Shown here piece by piece: positions 54,535-64,000 of a stretch of DNA of 64,000 nucleotides. This DNA comes from Alphaproteobacteria bacterium (GTDB taxonomy: Bacteria; Pseudomonadota; Alphaproteobacteria; JABAAW01; JAHZMA01), in assembly GCA_965206365.1 (NCBI GenBank), contig CBDBJL010000016.1, positions 130,283-194,282 of the forward strand. The letters run 5' to 3'. The notes under the pieces are model-generated. The model was given only the letters and a program-made list of their open reading frames with translations. It ran no database searches and was not told the DNA's origin. Positions within the stretch are counted from its first letter, which is position 1; every line of letters begins with the position of its first letter. A program made the translations under genes and the position numbers.

Positions 54535-54975
54535 TTGGTGGTTGAAAAGTTAAGAAAGCGCGTTGATTTTCAACATATGACTCTTCACGGTGCATTAATT
54601 CACAAGCAAAGCCTATTAATGCAATATTTTCTGCGTCGCAATCATTCCATGGCAAATAGCCCGATTCGTGTTGGGTTTACCGCTAGTCGCCGAGTTGGCA
54701 ATGCCGTTATGCGAAATTTGGCAAAGCGAAGATTACGTTCTTTGGCATACACATATCTCCCGAAATTAGGGGTTGAGGGGATGGATTATGTGATCATTGC
54801 ACGACAACGATTGCTAACCACAAAATTCATCCATTTAGAACAAGATTTTATTAAATCGCTTGCTCAAGCCACAGAAAAACCTAACGAAAGATATACGAAA
54901 CGTGCTCGTTTCCCACAGAAAAAGCACAGAAAAACCAAAAAATCAATATTACCGCAATCAAAGAAAACCTCATGA
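54535..54975 (+). CDS. rnpA: Ribonuclease P protein component
   Basis: Basic protein with RVGFTASRRVGNAVMRNLAKRRLR motif, directly after rpmH. Confidence 0.8.
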   Translation: MVVEKLRKRVDFQHMTLHGALIHKQSLLMQYFLRRNHSMANSPIRVGFTASRRVGNAVMRNLAKRRLRSLAYTYLPKLGVEGMDYVIIARQRLLTTKFIHLEQDFIKSLAQATEKPNERYTKRARFPQKKHRKTKKSILPQSKKTS

Positions 54976-55340
54976 TTAGGAACCAAAGCCCAATCACTCG
55001 CAAAAACAATCCCCAACAGAAAAAAAAAATAAGAGCTTCGCTTATTTTACCCTTAATTTTCATCTTGCAATTTTACCGTTTCGTCCTATCCCCCTTACTG
55101 CATATGCTTGCCAGCCAGGGGATGGTCTCTGCTTGTCGTTTTTCTCCTAGCTGTAGCGAATATGCAGTTGAATCTTTACGCCGTTTTGGGCTATATCAAG
55201 GAAGCGTTTTAACATTGAAACGATTTTTGCGTTGTCGCCCTTGGTCATCCTTTGGCTTTGACCCTGTTCCAGAAATATTATTAAGCAAAGCAAGACCCAA
55301 TCAATGTGAAAATCACAACAAAAACAATCATCAGATTTAA
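54972..55340 (+). CDS. yidD: Membrane protein insertion efficiency factor YidD
   Basis: Conserved CRFSPSCSEYA motif. Confidence 0.75.
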   Translation: MIRNQSPITRKNNPQQKKKIRASLILPLIFILQFYRFVLSPLLHMLASQGMVSACRFSPSCSEYAVESLRRFGLYQGSVLTLKRFLRCRPWSSFGFDPVPEILLSKARPNQCENHNKNNHQI

Positions 55341-55374
55341 ATTAACCTGCTATCACCGATAAGGCAATCTTTTT

Positions 55375-57165
55375 ATGGAACCGCAAAAACCCAACAACCC
55401 AAATTTTATCCTTGCGATCGCTCTCTCTTTAATGGTGCTTGTTGGTTGGCAAATGTTTTTTGCTCCGAAACCACAACCAAGAAACCAACCTTCACAAACA
55501 ACGCAAACTGGTGATGGAAATACCTCTCAGGATCAATCTGTTCCCTCCAATCTCACTCCGCAATTGCCGGAATCACTGCAAGGAAATTCTTCTGATTTAC
55601 CCTTAGAGATCATCGAAGAATCCGAAACTGAGATCCTAGCTAGGCGCGCCAAAGTTATTGCCAACACTGCGCGTATTTTTGTTGAAAATGCAAAAATATT
55701 TGGCTCGATTTCGCTTCAAGGTGGGCATTTTGACGATTTAACCTTACGAAATTACCACACTGATTTGGCAGAAAATTCGCCCAATATTACCCTTTTTAAC
55801 CCTCGCGGTAGTGCCAACCCCTATCATGCCACTTTTAATTGGTTTGGTGATAAAACCATTGATTTCCCTAATGATAACACCCTATGGCGTGTCGATAACC
55901 CCAGTTCTCTCACCCCCAATCATCCCATTACGCTTTATTGGGTTAATAACCAGAATGTTCGGTTTGAAAAAACATTTACCATTGATGATGATTATTTGAT
56001 AACTGTTACACAACGCGTTTTGAACGGTTCAAGCAACGCCATTACCCTCTATCCTTATGGTTTAATTTCACGCACGGGTGAGCCTGATATTCTGAATTTT
56101 TACATTCTTCATGAAGGTTTCATTGGCGTTTTACAACAAGAACTCATCGAAGATGATTATGATGATGTCGCCAAAGAAACCATCATTTATCAAAATAGCA
56201 CCGGTTGGTTTGGCATTACTGATAAATATTGGCTAGCTGCCCTTATTCCCCAAAGTAAGGGTTTTAACGCATCCTTCAAGCAAGGCAATAAAAAAGGTTC
56301 AAGCATTCCTACCTATCAAGCAGATTTTTATGCCCAAGCAGCGAATATTAACCAAGGTGAATCCTATGAATATGAAACTTTATTATTTGCCGGCGCGAAA
56401 GAGCTAGATGTTTTAGACCAATATACAAAAACCCACAATATCTATAAATTTGATTTAGGCGTTGATTTTGGCATTTTGTATTTTATTACGAAACCAATAT
56501 TTCTATTAATTAAATATTTTTCCAGTCTTTTTGGTAATTTTGGTGTTGCAATTTTAGCCTTAACGGTTGTGATCAAATTTTTCTTTTTTCCTCTTGCCAA
56601 TAAATCTTATGTATCGATTTCAAAAATGAAACAATTGCAACCGCAAATTACCGAGCTAAAAGAACGCTATGGCGATGATAAGCAAAAATTACAACAAGAA
56701 ATGATGCGCATCTATCGCGAGAAAAAAATTAACCCGCTTGCAGGTTGCATTCCGATTGTTTTACAAATTCCGGTATTTTTTGCACTCTACAAAGTGTTGT
56801 TTGTTACAATTGAAATGCGCCATGCGCCATTTTTTGGATGGATTCAAGATTTATCCGCCCCTGATCCCCTAGGCATTCTCACGCTTTTTGGCTTGATTAG
56901 CTGGAATGTTCCAGCAATTTTAACGGTGGTAAATATTGGCATTTGGCCTATTTTGATGGGGCTTACAATGTGGGTGCAGCAAAAATTAAACCCGGCCCCG
57001 GCAGATCCAATGCAACAGAAAATATTTGCCTTACTGCCCTTTGTTTTTACATTTTTACTTGGCACTTTTCCAGCAGGCTTGGTAATTTATTGGACATGCA
57101 ATAACAGCCTCACCATTTTGCAACAATGGCTCATTACACGCTCACTTGAGAAAAAGTCGCAGTAA
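55375..57165 (+). CDS. yidC: Membrane protein insertase YidC
   Basis: N-terminal TM, large periplasmic domain, C-terminal 5-TM core with conserved PLANKSY...GCIPI motifs. Confidence 0.9.
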   Translation: MEPQKPNNPNFILAIALSLMVLVGWQMFFAPKPQPRNQPSQTTQTGDGNTSQDQSVPSNLTPQLPESLQGNSSDLPLEIIEESETEILARRAKVIANTARIFVENAKIFGSISLQGGHFDDLTLRNYHTDLAENSPNITLFNPRGSANPYHATFNWFGDKTIDFPNDNTLWRVDNPSSLTPNHPITLYWVNNQNVRFEKTFTIDDDYLITVTQRVLNGSSNAITLYPYGLISRTGEPDILNFYILHEGFIGVLQQELIEDDYDDVAKETIIYQNSTGWFGITDKYWLAALIPQSKGFNASFKQGNKKGSSIPTYQADFYAQAANINQGESYEYETLLFAGAKELDVLDQYTKTHNIYKFDLGVDFGILYFITKPIFLLIKYFSSLFGNFGVAILALTVVIKFFFFPLANKSYVSISKMKQLQPQITELKERYGDDKQKLQQEMMRIYREKKINPLAGCIPIVLQIPVFFALYKVLFVTIEMRHAPFFGWIQDLSAPDPLGILTLFGLISWNVPAILTVVNIGIWPILMGLTMWVQQKLNPAPADPMQQKIFALLPFVFTFLLGTFPAGLVIYWTCNNSLTILQQWLITRSLEKKSQ

Positions 57166-57826
57166 CATCATGAGATCGGGTCTGAAAAAATCAACCCAAA
57201 TTTTATTTTCACGCCCTTGTCACTTCAAGCTCTCAGTATTGACATTGGCGCAATTACCGAAAAGTGATTTGCCAGAAATTGCATTTTGTGGACGCTCCAA
57301 TTGTGGCAAATCTAGCTTGCTGAATCGCTTGGTCGATCACAAGCAATTGGCACGGGCGAGTCGTACTCCGGGGCGCACCCGCGCTCTTAATTTTTTTTTA
57401 TTGGGCAATGAAATGAAAAATAAAGGCAACATTTACCTTGTGGATATGCCGGGTTATGGCTATGCCAAAGCTTCGAAAAGCGACATCACTATTTTCCAAA
57501 AACTTTCGCATGATTACTTGAAAAATCGACGCAATTTGCGATTAGTGTTTTTATTAATTGATGCCAGACGTGGCATTATCGATATCGACCGCAATGTGAT
57601 CAATTTTTTCACAATCATGGCAATACCCTTTCTCGTTATTCTCACCAAGCAAGATCAAATCACCCAGGCCAAGCAAATCGAACTTAGCGTAGCATTAAAT
57701 CATGAAATTGCGAATTTTCCCTCGGCATTACCAGAATTAATTGTCACCAGTGCACGTAAAAATCAAGGGATTGATACTCTGCGCGAAAGATTGGCTTTAC
57801 TCATCCAACAAAAATCTTTAGCCTAG
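57146..57826 (+). CDS. engB: Ribosome biogenesis GTPase EngB/YihA
   Basis: G1 GRSNCGKSSLLN, G3 DMPGYG, G4 TKQD. Confidence 0.85.
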   Translation: MRKSRSNIMRSGLKKSTQILFSRPCHFKLSVLTLAQLPKSDLPEIAFCGRSNCGKSSLLNRLVDHKQLARASRTPGRTRALNFFLLGNEMKNKGNIYLVDMPGYGYAKASKSDITIFQKLSHDYLKNRRNLRLVFLLIDARRGIIDIDRNVINFFTIMAIPFLVILTKQDQITQAKQIELSVALNHEIANFPSALPELIVTSARKNQGIDTLRERLALLIQQKSLA

Positions 57827-57834
57827 ATGTTGCT

Positions 57835-58701
57835 ATGAATTTGAAATCTGATAAACATATTCGCTTTTTAGCCCAAGCGGGCATTTTGGTACAGGCCCTG
57901 CCCTTTATGCAACGTTATCAGGGCGAAACCATCATTATCAAATTTGGTGGCAATGCCATGATTGATGAAAAATTATTTTCTGACTTTGCCCGCGATATTA
58001 TGCTATTGAAACAGGTTGGCATTAACCCGGTGATTGTGCATGGAGGGGGGCCACAAATCAACCAAATGCTAGAAAAATTACAAATAAAAAGTGAATTTGT
58101 CGCTGGCATTCGCATTACCAACAAAGCCACTATGGATGTGGTGGCAATGATTTTGGGGATAATTAATAAGCGTATTGTTGCTGAGATTAACGCCCTAGGC
58201 GGCAAAGCCATTGGGCTCTCAGGCGTTGATGGTAATTTGTTACGCGCCCAACCGATCAGTGCTGAATTGGGCTTTGCCGGGAAAGTGGCGCAAGTGGATA
58301 TTGGTATTTTGAACCAGCTTCACCAACATTGCGATACCATTCCCGTGCTTGCTTCCTTTTCTCTGGGGGAAGAGGATCATCAATTTTATAATGTTAATGC
58401 CGATGTTTTTGCCGGTGCCATTGCCGTTGCCAGCAAGGCGCGACGATTATTAATGTTGACAGATATTCCTGGAGTTTTAGGAACCGATAACAAACTTATT
58501 CGCGAGTTGAATCTGCAGCAAGCACAAACATTAATGGAAACTGGCGTGATTTCGGGCGGAATGATACCGAAATTAGAAACTTGTATCCATGCCGTGAAAC
58601 AAGGTTTAATCGCAGCGGTTATCCTTGATGGTCGCTTTACCCATTCAATCTTGCTTGAACTTTTCACTGAAAAAGGGCACGGAACCTTATTGCGCCAATA
58701 G
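57835..58701 (+). CDS. argB: Acetylglutamate kinase
   Basis: Amino-acid kinase fold motifs IIKFGGNAM and VHGGGPQI; 288 aa. Confidence 0.9.
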   Translation: MNLKSDKHIRFLAQAGILVQALPFMQRYQGETIIIKFGGNAMIDEKLFSDFARDIMLLKQVGINPVIVHGGGPQINQMLEKLQIKSEFVAGIRITNKATMDVVAMILGIINKRIVAEINALGGKAIGLSGVDGNLLRAQPISAELGFAGKVAQVDIGILNQLHQHCDTIPVLASFSLGEEDHQFYNVNADVFAGAIAVASKARRLLMLTDIPGVLGTDNKLIRELNLQQAQTLMETGVISGGMIPKLETCIHAVKQGLIAAVILDGRFTHSILLELFTEKGHGTLLRQ

Positions 58702-58725
58702 GCTGATTAGGGATAAATTCATACA

Positions 58726-58770
58726 AGGGGGGGCGCGGAATCGCTATCTTTCCCCTCCCCCTTAAAGATA
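58726..58770. terminator. GC-rich hairpin (AAGGGGGGG...CCCCTCCCCCTT), possible bidirectional terminator between argB and the phage-tail block
   Basis: Inverted G7/C-run repeat directly after the argB stop; no clean U-run. Confidence 0.3.
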
Positions 58771-58832
58771 ATGATGCAGGGGATTTAAGAGGGGTGCCCA
58801 TCGGCTGGGCATCGCCCCCCCTTATGAAATAT

Positions 58833-58967
58833 TTAGGTTCTAATGATATAAATCAGGGAATAATAGGGTGGGGTGAATCCATGGCTGTGGGCGTGGCTGG
58901 AACCTTGCGTGGAAATCCAACGATTATAACTGTAGCGCGAAATATGGTTTGCTCTCATTCGAAGCAT
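58833..58967 (-). pseudogene. 3' remnant of a tail-collar/tail-fibre gene (encodes ...AHSHGFTPPYYSLIYIIRT*)
   Basis: Last ~20 codons identical to the C-terminus of the 59723-60427 protein; part of an ~85-bp direct repeat. Confidence 0.5.
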
Positions 58968-59037
58968 GGTTTGAGTTTTTTTCAGTTTAAGAATAAGATT
59001 TTAAAACTATCGTGGGTGGACTATCGCGGCAAGTGAT

Positions 59038-59619
59038 TTAGTTTGAGTTTTTTTCAATAATCCAACCTGTAAAATCTCCAAACCGAAACACCTCAATAAT
59101 ATCGTCACCCAATTCCTCCGCGCGAAGTGGACGTTGAATTCCTGAAAGTGCCATTTCTTTTTTCATCACCTCTTCATACGATACTCCGGCTGAAATTTTT
59201 GCATCCCAGATCATTCGCCAAATAACTGTTGCCGCGTAACCAGATCCAGCTACACGTCGATCAAATATTATCAGTGCCCCGCCAGGATTTAATTTTTCTC
59301 GCAATTGGATCACTAATTTTTGACGTTCTGAAACTGGTAAAAACATTAAAACTAAAAATAATATGCCAACATCAAAGCGTTGATATTCAAAATCGAGTGC
59401 ATTGGCTTGAATAACTTCGCCAGCCCCAGAATACCTATCAATCATATTTACCTCATCATCTAATGCAATAAGCTTTGCTTGTCTTTCCATCAATGTTGGC
59501 TGTAAAATTTTGCCCATATTACCTGTGCTTGCCCCAATATCATAAACCAGCCCATTTTTGGGAATATAGCTTCGCGCTAAAAAGCAAGCTGCCGAACTCA
59601 TAAAATCATACCATGGCAA
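59038..59619 (-). CDS. Class I SAM-dependent methyltransferase (moron inside the phage tail cluster)
   Basis: Motif I VYDIGASTGNMG; flanked by the direct repeat; paralogous remnant at 16278-16580. Confidence 0.65.
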   Translation of the reverse strand: MPWYDFMSSAACFLARSYIPKNGLVYDIGASTGNMGKILQPTLMERQAKLIALDDEVNMIDRYSGAGEVIQANALDFEYQRFDVGILFLVLMFLPVSERQKLVIQLREKLNPGGALIIFDRRVAGSGYAATVIWRMIWDAKISAGVSYEEVMKKEMALSGIQRPLRAEELGDDIIEVFRFGDFTGWIIEKNSN

Positions 59620-59722
59620 ATGTTGTCGAACAATGGCGGGGGGATCTTAAGGGGGGTCATCGCAAAGGATTGAGCTCGTCTTCAATCCCGAGAAGCGATG
59701 TCGCTCCCCCCTTGTTAATAAT

Positions 59723-60427
59723 CTATGTTCTGATGATATAAATCAGGGAATAATAGGGCGGAGTGAATCCATGGCTGTGGGCTGCGTTGCCACCTGCATT
59801 TCTAGTACTATCTCCATTTATCCAACCAGAGCTGCCCGTTAAAAAATATGATGCCGTCCATCCATTACCACCCGCGATATTCATAGTATGGCTATGACTC
59901 GGCATTTGCGCTATTGTGATTGCATGCCCATCGGTGGTGAAACTACCGCCTTTAGTGCCAGCCTCGCGGGTTGCGCTTCTGCCAATCACAAATTTATCTT
60001 GCAAATTGGGCACATTAAAACTGGTGGAGCCATCACCCGCACCATGAATATCGCCCAAAACCGCATAAAGATCGCTATAGATTGTGCGCGAAATTGCCTG
60101 CCCATCGCACACCAAAAAACCTTTCGGGGCATTGGCTAAACTGCCCGCCCACATACGCACATCACCCGCAGGCGCGCATAATTGCCGAATGGCCTGATAA
60201 AGCTGGGTAAGATCGGAGGAATCTGGCGTGCTGGCATTGCTACCCGCAGGGGCATGATTTGGCGTTGAACGCGCTTGATTAAATGCCTGCTGAATAACAT
60301 TTACAATCTCGCGTTGGGGGTTTTCAATGGCTTGGGCGGGGATGATTGAGCCTTGCGTACCTTGCTGCGCATTGCCATTGCTATAAGGGCTGTTCGCGGG
60401 TTCATTTAGGGGTTGAATATATTCCAT
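59723..60427 (-). CDS. Phage tail-collar-domain tail-fibre protein
   Basis: C-terminal tail-collar signature (IAQMPSHSHT...GGNAAHSHGF) typical of the phage tail collar / MdpB family. Confidence 0.7.
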   Translation of the reverse strand: MEYIQPLNEPANSPYSNGNAQQGTQGSIIPAQAIENPQREIVNVIQQAFNQARSTPNHAPAGSNASTPDSSDLTQLYQAIRQLCAPAGDVRMWAGSLANAPKGFLVCDGQAISRTIYSDLYAVLGDIHGAGDGSTSFNVPNLQDKFVIGRSATREAGTKGGSFTTDGHAITIAQMPSHSHTMNIAGGNGWTASYFLTGSSGWINGDSTRNAGGNAAHSHGFTPPYYSLIYIIRT

Positions 60428-60439
60428 GATAAATATTCC

Positions 60440-61531
60440 TTAAGCTGAGAAAGTAACTATGGTTGGTTTTAAAATATTGGTATTATTAGTCGGCGTTAAA
60501 TTGCTGGTGGGGCTCTGTAAAATAAAATCATCAACATGTGCAACATCGTTAATGGTTTCATAAAGTGAGGTAAGGCTAATGGAGGCACCAGGCGATGCCA
60601 ACCGCATGAAATGCGCACTTAAAGCCTGTTTAATTTGCGCTTCCACCTGAGTTTTATTACTGCCAGAACTTATTTTTAATTTACTAATATTGAGCGTAAC
60701 ATCTTCGATATCAGGGGTTTTAACAAAAACTGTTGTTCCCACCGGACGATTAGCATCAATAAATTCTTTTACTTTTGCCATTTGATTTGCATTGGGCACT
60801 GCAAGCAAATCATCTTCATTTTGAATCATAATAAAAATATCTACCGTACCTTTGCCTTGGGCTCCGCCTTTAACAAAGGCACGCGATACTGGAATTGTAT
60901 GATATTGCCGCGCCAAAGCCCAATTCTCATAATCGCTAATCGAGCCATTTTTGCTAGGGTTTCGTAATTCTAATAAAATCCTGCCACGATAGAGTGTATC
61001 GGATTCTGCATCCGCCCCACCGATAAAACCAGCATCAGTAACAATGCCGTATGAGGCGACACCACGCATGGGTTCTACCCATGATAATTCTTGCTTAGCG
61101 ATTAAATTTCCTGTTTTGCCAGCTTTTTTTGCTTGAAAAGCGATAATTGCATCGCCATCTGTAAAATTGCTAGTAGCGATTACCGTATAAATTGTACCAT
61201 CTGCACTGCTAACCGCAACATTTTTTGGAATCGTAACATCTTCGGTTGCGGTAAAAGAAATGCTGCCAGAGGCGTGAGTGGCTCTGCCCCGAGTAACATT
61301 CCAAAAACTTCCGATCCGATCTAAATCATTGCCTGATGCCGTCATCACAAAACTGCCTTTAATCGCATCCTCTAAAGCATCATACAGGCTTGATATTGCC
61401 CCTGATGCCGATAATGCCAAAAGATTAAGTGGATGCGCCGTAAGTGCAACAGTGGTATCTGCGCTATGATTGACCATTTTATTCACCATCCGATCGTGAA
61501 TTTCATCGATAGAATAAGATTTAATTGGCAT
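60440..61531 (-). CDS. Baseplate J-like protein (Mu gp47 / P2 gpJ family)
   Basis: Size and position between gp46-like and tail-fibre genes; central region resembles the Baseplate_J family. Confidence 0.6.
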   Translation of the reverse strand: MPIKSYSIDEIHDRMVNKMVNHSADTTVALTAHPLNLLALSASGAISSLYDALEDAIKGSFVMTASGNDLDRIGSFWNVTRGRATHASGSISFTATEDVTIPKNVAVSSADGTIYTVIATSNFTDGDAIIAFQAKKAGKTGNLIAKQELSWVEPMRGVASYGIVTDAGFIGGADAESDTLYRGRILLELRNPSKNGSISDYENWALARQYHTIPVSRAFVKGGAQGKGTVDIFIMIQNEDDLLAVPNANQMAKVKEFIDANRPVGTTVFVKTPDIEDVTLNISKLKISSGSNKTQVEAQIKQALSAHFMRLASPGASISLTSLYETINDVAHVDDFILQSPTSNLTPTNNTNILKPTIVTFSA

Positions 61532-61548
61532 ATATTTTCTCCTTTTGG

Positions 61549-61989
61549 TTAAATTTCTAACAAATCTTCATCAATATGAAGAGTAATTCGATAAGTGCCA
61601 CGACGGGCTTCAACGCGAATATCAATATTCTTGGCAAGGCTTTTTTCTTGTAAAAATTTTAAGCTCTCTGAAATATGTTTCACAATTTGCACAGCTTGCT
61701 GATTACCTGTGCTTTCTTTATCGGCTATAATCACTCGAAATACCGAATCATGAGCACTGATGCCAGTATAAAATTGCTGGTAAATAACACTGCCAAAATC
61801 AGGCGCGCCCCAAAAACCCTTCCGTTTTGCCTCGAAATTTGTTACGGAATTGGCCTCTAAATTTTGCTCATCAGCGCGCTCGGTAAGCAATGCATTCATC
61901 ACTAAGGCAGGTAGAACATTTACCTTATTATTCGCCCGCCACACATTATTAGGCGTTAAATGATTAAATTTTGGAAATAGATTCCACAT
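61549..61989 (-). CDS. Mu gp46-like baseplate protein
   Basis: ~146 aa, positional equivalent of Mu gene W between V and J homologues. Confidence 0.4.
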   Translation of the reverse strand: MWNLFPKFNHLTPNNVWRANNKVNVLPALVMNALLTERADEQNLEANSVTNFEAKRKGFWGAPDFGSVIYQQFYTGISAHDSVFRVIIADKESTGNQQAVQIVKHISESLKFLQEKSLAKNIDIRVEARRGTYRITLHIDEDLLEI

Positions 61990-62007
61990 TTTTAGGATCC
62001 TTTTCTT

Positions 62008-62454
62008 TTAAGTTTCAGGAGAATTGAGCGAAATCATGCCATTTGCCGGGCCATTGCCGCTAATTGTTACAGGATCCCCATCGGCTAAGATCCGTTTTTT
62101 TCCCGCAGGAGTTTCACGATAAATATTTTTACCAGATGCCGGTTTCAAAAGAATATTCCCATCAGCTTGTAAGATAATTTGCGCACCTGAATTCGCCACC
62201 AAATGCGTTGCTCCCAATTTTAAGGGGACAAATTTTTGATCCTGAAATTTCTTATCATCAATAATGGGTAAGGCAAAATTGCCATAGGAACAAATTTTAT
62301 TGGGGAACATCAGCCAAGCTTTTTGCTTGATATCCGGCAAACTCAACAAACCTTGAGGATGGAACAATGTCACATTCTCATACAGGGTTCCTTGGGCTTC
62401 TACTTGTAATTTCTCATCAATTTTGCTAAGATTTCTTGTAATTTTTGCTTGCAT
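62008..62454 (-). CDS. Baseplate assembly protein V / spike (Mu gp45-like)
   Basis: ~148 aa with C-terminal Gly-rich beta segment (ILLKPASGKNIY...ISGNGPANG) typical of gpV spikes. Confidence 0.5.
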   Translation of the reverse strand: MQAKITRNLSKIDEKLQVEAQGTLYENVTLFHPQGLLSLPDIKQKAWLMFPNKICSYGNFALPIIDDKKFQDQKFVPLKLGATHLVANSGAQIILQADGNILLKPASGKNIYRETPAGKKRILADGDPVTISGNGPANGMISLNSPET

Positions 62455-62466
62455 CTTCTTTCCTTT

Positions 62467-63417
62467 TTAATGTAGAGGGATCAAGGATTGAACATCCTTA
62501 TACTCAATGGCAACAAATTTACTGGTAGTGCTTGTTGTTGTTGTTTTATAAAAATGGCTCTCTATGATCATTTTTGGCGTCGCATTTCCTTTTGAGCCTT
62601 CTGGTGATTTTGTGGATACATCAATAATATCACCCGGTAGAAATGGAACGATTCCGTTATATTCTAATTCATAATATTTGCTTGGATGTAAAAATTGATA
62701 ATATTTTACTGCATTAAAAGGAACTTCGCCTTGTGTGAAAATGCGTTTCAAACCATTTCCTAATTTCTTATTTGCACTTAATTTCGGTTGCCAATCACCC
62801 TGATGATTCAACGAGGTGGCATGAATATAAGGCAAGGGCTCGGTTTCATAACAATAAAATTTTTGTGGCTCAGTAAACTTCTGAAAGATATCTTGAAAAT
62901 TCTGAATTTCTTTTTGCATTTTCTGTGTTAAAACCATTAACTCGCCCCCACGATTAAGCATAAATACACAACCCAACATTTGTTCTAACCTGCATAATGT
63001 GGTTGCGATGGTTTGTTCAGCGCAGAGTTGAAATTGTTTCACCATTGTTTTCTGCAAGAATTCTTGTTCCGCAATAACAATAGGATATTGATTGAAAATT
63101 ATTTTTAAGGTTTGCTCTAACGAAACATTGTTTAAATAATGCAGCCCAAGCATATTTTGCTCTGCAATCGCCGATAAGGGATCCAAACAATCAATCACGA
63201 AACCTTGATAAGCTGTTTGCAATTTGATAATTTTCGTATTTTTTGCCAAAATATGTGGAGAGCTTTTAATTTCTAGATGCCCCATATTCATTTTATTTGA
63301 ATCATTATCGCCCGCTAGCGTGCCACAGCTGAAGCCCAAATGAAAATTTAAATAATATTGCTGACAATCAACGCGAAAATTATTTTCTTCCTGAATATAT
63401 TGAAACTGTATTGACAT
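62467..63417 (-). CDS. Phage tail/baseplate hub protein (Mu P-like)
   Basis: 316-aa ORF immediately upstream of the V homologue; synteny only. Confidence 0.35.
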   Translation of the reverse strand: MSIQFQYIQEENNFRVDCQQYYLNFHLGFSCGTLAGDNDSNKMNMGHLEIKSSPHILAKNTKIIKLQTAYQGFVIDCLDPLSAIAEQNMLGLHYLNNVSLEQTLKIIFNQYPIVIAEQEFLQKTMVKQFQLCAEQTIATTLCRLEQMLGCVFMLNRGGELMVLTQKMQKEIQNFQDIFQKFTEPQKFYCYETEPLPYIHATSLNHQGDWQPKLSANKKLGNGLKRIFTQGEVPFNAVKYYQFLHPSKYYELEYNGIVPFLPGDIIDVSTKSPEGSKGNATPKMIIESHFYKTTTTSTTSKFVAIEYKDVQSLIPLH

Positions 63418-63426
63418 TGATAAAAC

Positions 63427-63654
63427 TCACAAATTATTGAGATTTTTAGGAACAAGAAATATTTCTGCTTCTCCCATGATCCCCGCTTGGGTGAAATGAT
63501 TGGCGGCCATAATTAAGGCTTTGCCACGCTTCCAATCCTTACCATAATGTTGCCAAGCAAAAATAATGAGAGGAACCGTATATTTCATTTGATATTTTTG
63601 ATAAGTAACTGTTGGCAATTGTTGCAAGAAATAACGGTTAATTTCATTTTCCAA
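63427..63654 (-). CDS. Small phage protein
   Basis: 75-aa ORF with 10-nt spacing to the downstream gene. Confidence 0.3.
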   Translation of the reverse strand: MENEINRYFLQQLPTVTYQKYQMKYTVPLIIFAWQHYGKDWKRGKALIMAANHFTQAGIMGEAEIFLVPKNLNNL

Positions 63655-63706
63655 AGCTTCAAATGCTGTTACTTGGGCGCGTGATGATTCATGATCAGTA
63701 CGATTT

Positions 63707-64000
63707 TTAAGAAAATCTTTTTTGCAATTCTGTTGTCAGGTTTGTAAGCGTGCGCCGAAGTTCTTCTCGGGCTTGCTCGTCGCCATACCAATCATCCTGT
63801 AAAATCGCATCACATATTTCGGTAACAAAAACTGCCTTGGTAAAGGTTTGTAATTGTTCTTCAAGCTGATTTTCTTCTGCTGAAGAAATACGCCCATTAT
63901 CTTGTCGCTTAAACGATAAGGATCCAAGGATTGTAGCCAAACTGCGTGGATCCCATTTCTTCACCGGGCGCGACAAAGCGCGCACTCGACCCGATAATTG
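63707..64000 (-). CDS. Phage structural protein, 3' part (runs off the window end)
   Basis: ORF open to the window edge, co-directional with the tail cluster. Confidence 0.3.
   Translation of the reverse strand, partial: QLSGRVRALSRPVKKWDPRSLATILGSLSFKRQDNGRISSAEENQLEEQLQTFTKAVFVTEICDAILQDDWYGDEQAREELRRTLTNLTTELQKRFS

Larger units (their letters stand above)
58806..64000 (-). mobile_element. Mu-like phage tail/baseplate gene cluster (prophage, tailocin or GTA-like), partial
   Basis: Co-directional tail-fibre, baseplate J/W/V and hub homologues plus moron and repeats; boundary at argB, other end beyond the window. Confidence 0.55.

Overview
This window looks like chromosomal DNA from a low-GC alphaproteobacterium. 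The gene order is Rhizobiales-like: ftsY-tadA-rpmB, petABC, dnaN-recF-gyrB, cobO-cobQ, kdsD-lptB-rpoN, metK-trmB, and rpmH-rnpA-yidD-yidC-engB-argB. Housekeeping genes are interrupted by three accessory patches. (1) 22.2-31.3 kb holds a compact type II-C CRISPR-Cas locus. It contains an unusually long cas9 that is intact in every catalytic motif but is split by one extra T in a T5 tract. It also contains cas1, cas2 and a 12-repeat array whose 36-nt repeats each carry an embedded extended -10, so crRNAs are probably transcribed antisense to the cas genes. Upstream of cas9 are two tandem minus-strand tracrRNA-like modules. One has a long imperfect anti-repeat. The other has only an 11-nt perfect anti-repeat but has its own promoter and a U-run terminator. 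Most unusually, 2.3 kb of type-IV-secretion-derived DNA (a virB4 gene truncated exactly at its Walker A motif, a small secreted protein and an EF-hand protein) lies between the last canonical repeat and a degenerate orphan repeat. It sits in the array like a giant spacer. (2) 15.1-17.3 kb is a gene-poor patch with a small secreted Cys-peptide gene and a 3' remnant of a SAM-methyltransferase paralogue. (3) 58.8-64.0 kb is a Mu-like phage tail/baseplate cluster running off the window edge, with a methyltransferase moron flanked by an ~85-bp direct repeat that duplicates the tail-fibre C-terminus. Other noteworthy items are two tandem MCP paralogues, a four-gene amino-acid catabolic cluster, and two tandem paralogues of a secreted (PAVPAV)n-repeat protein, with a 3' remnant of a third copy fused to the end of trmB.
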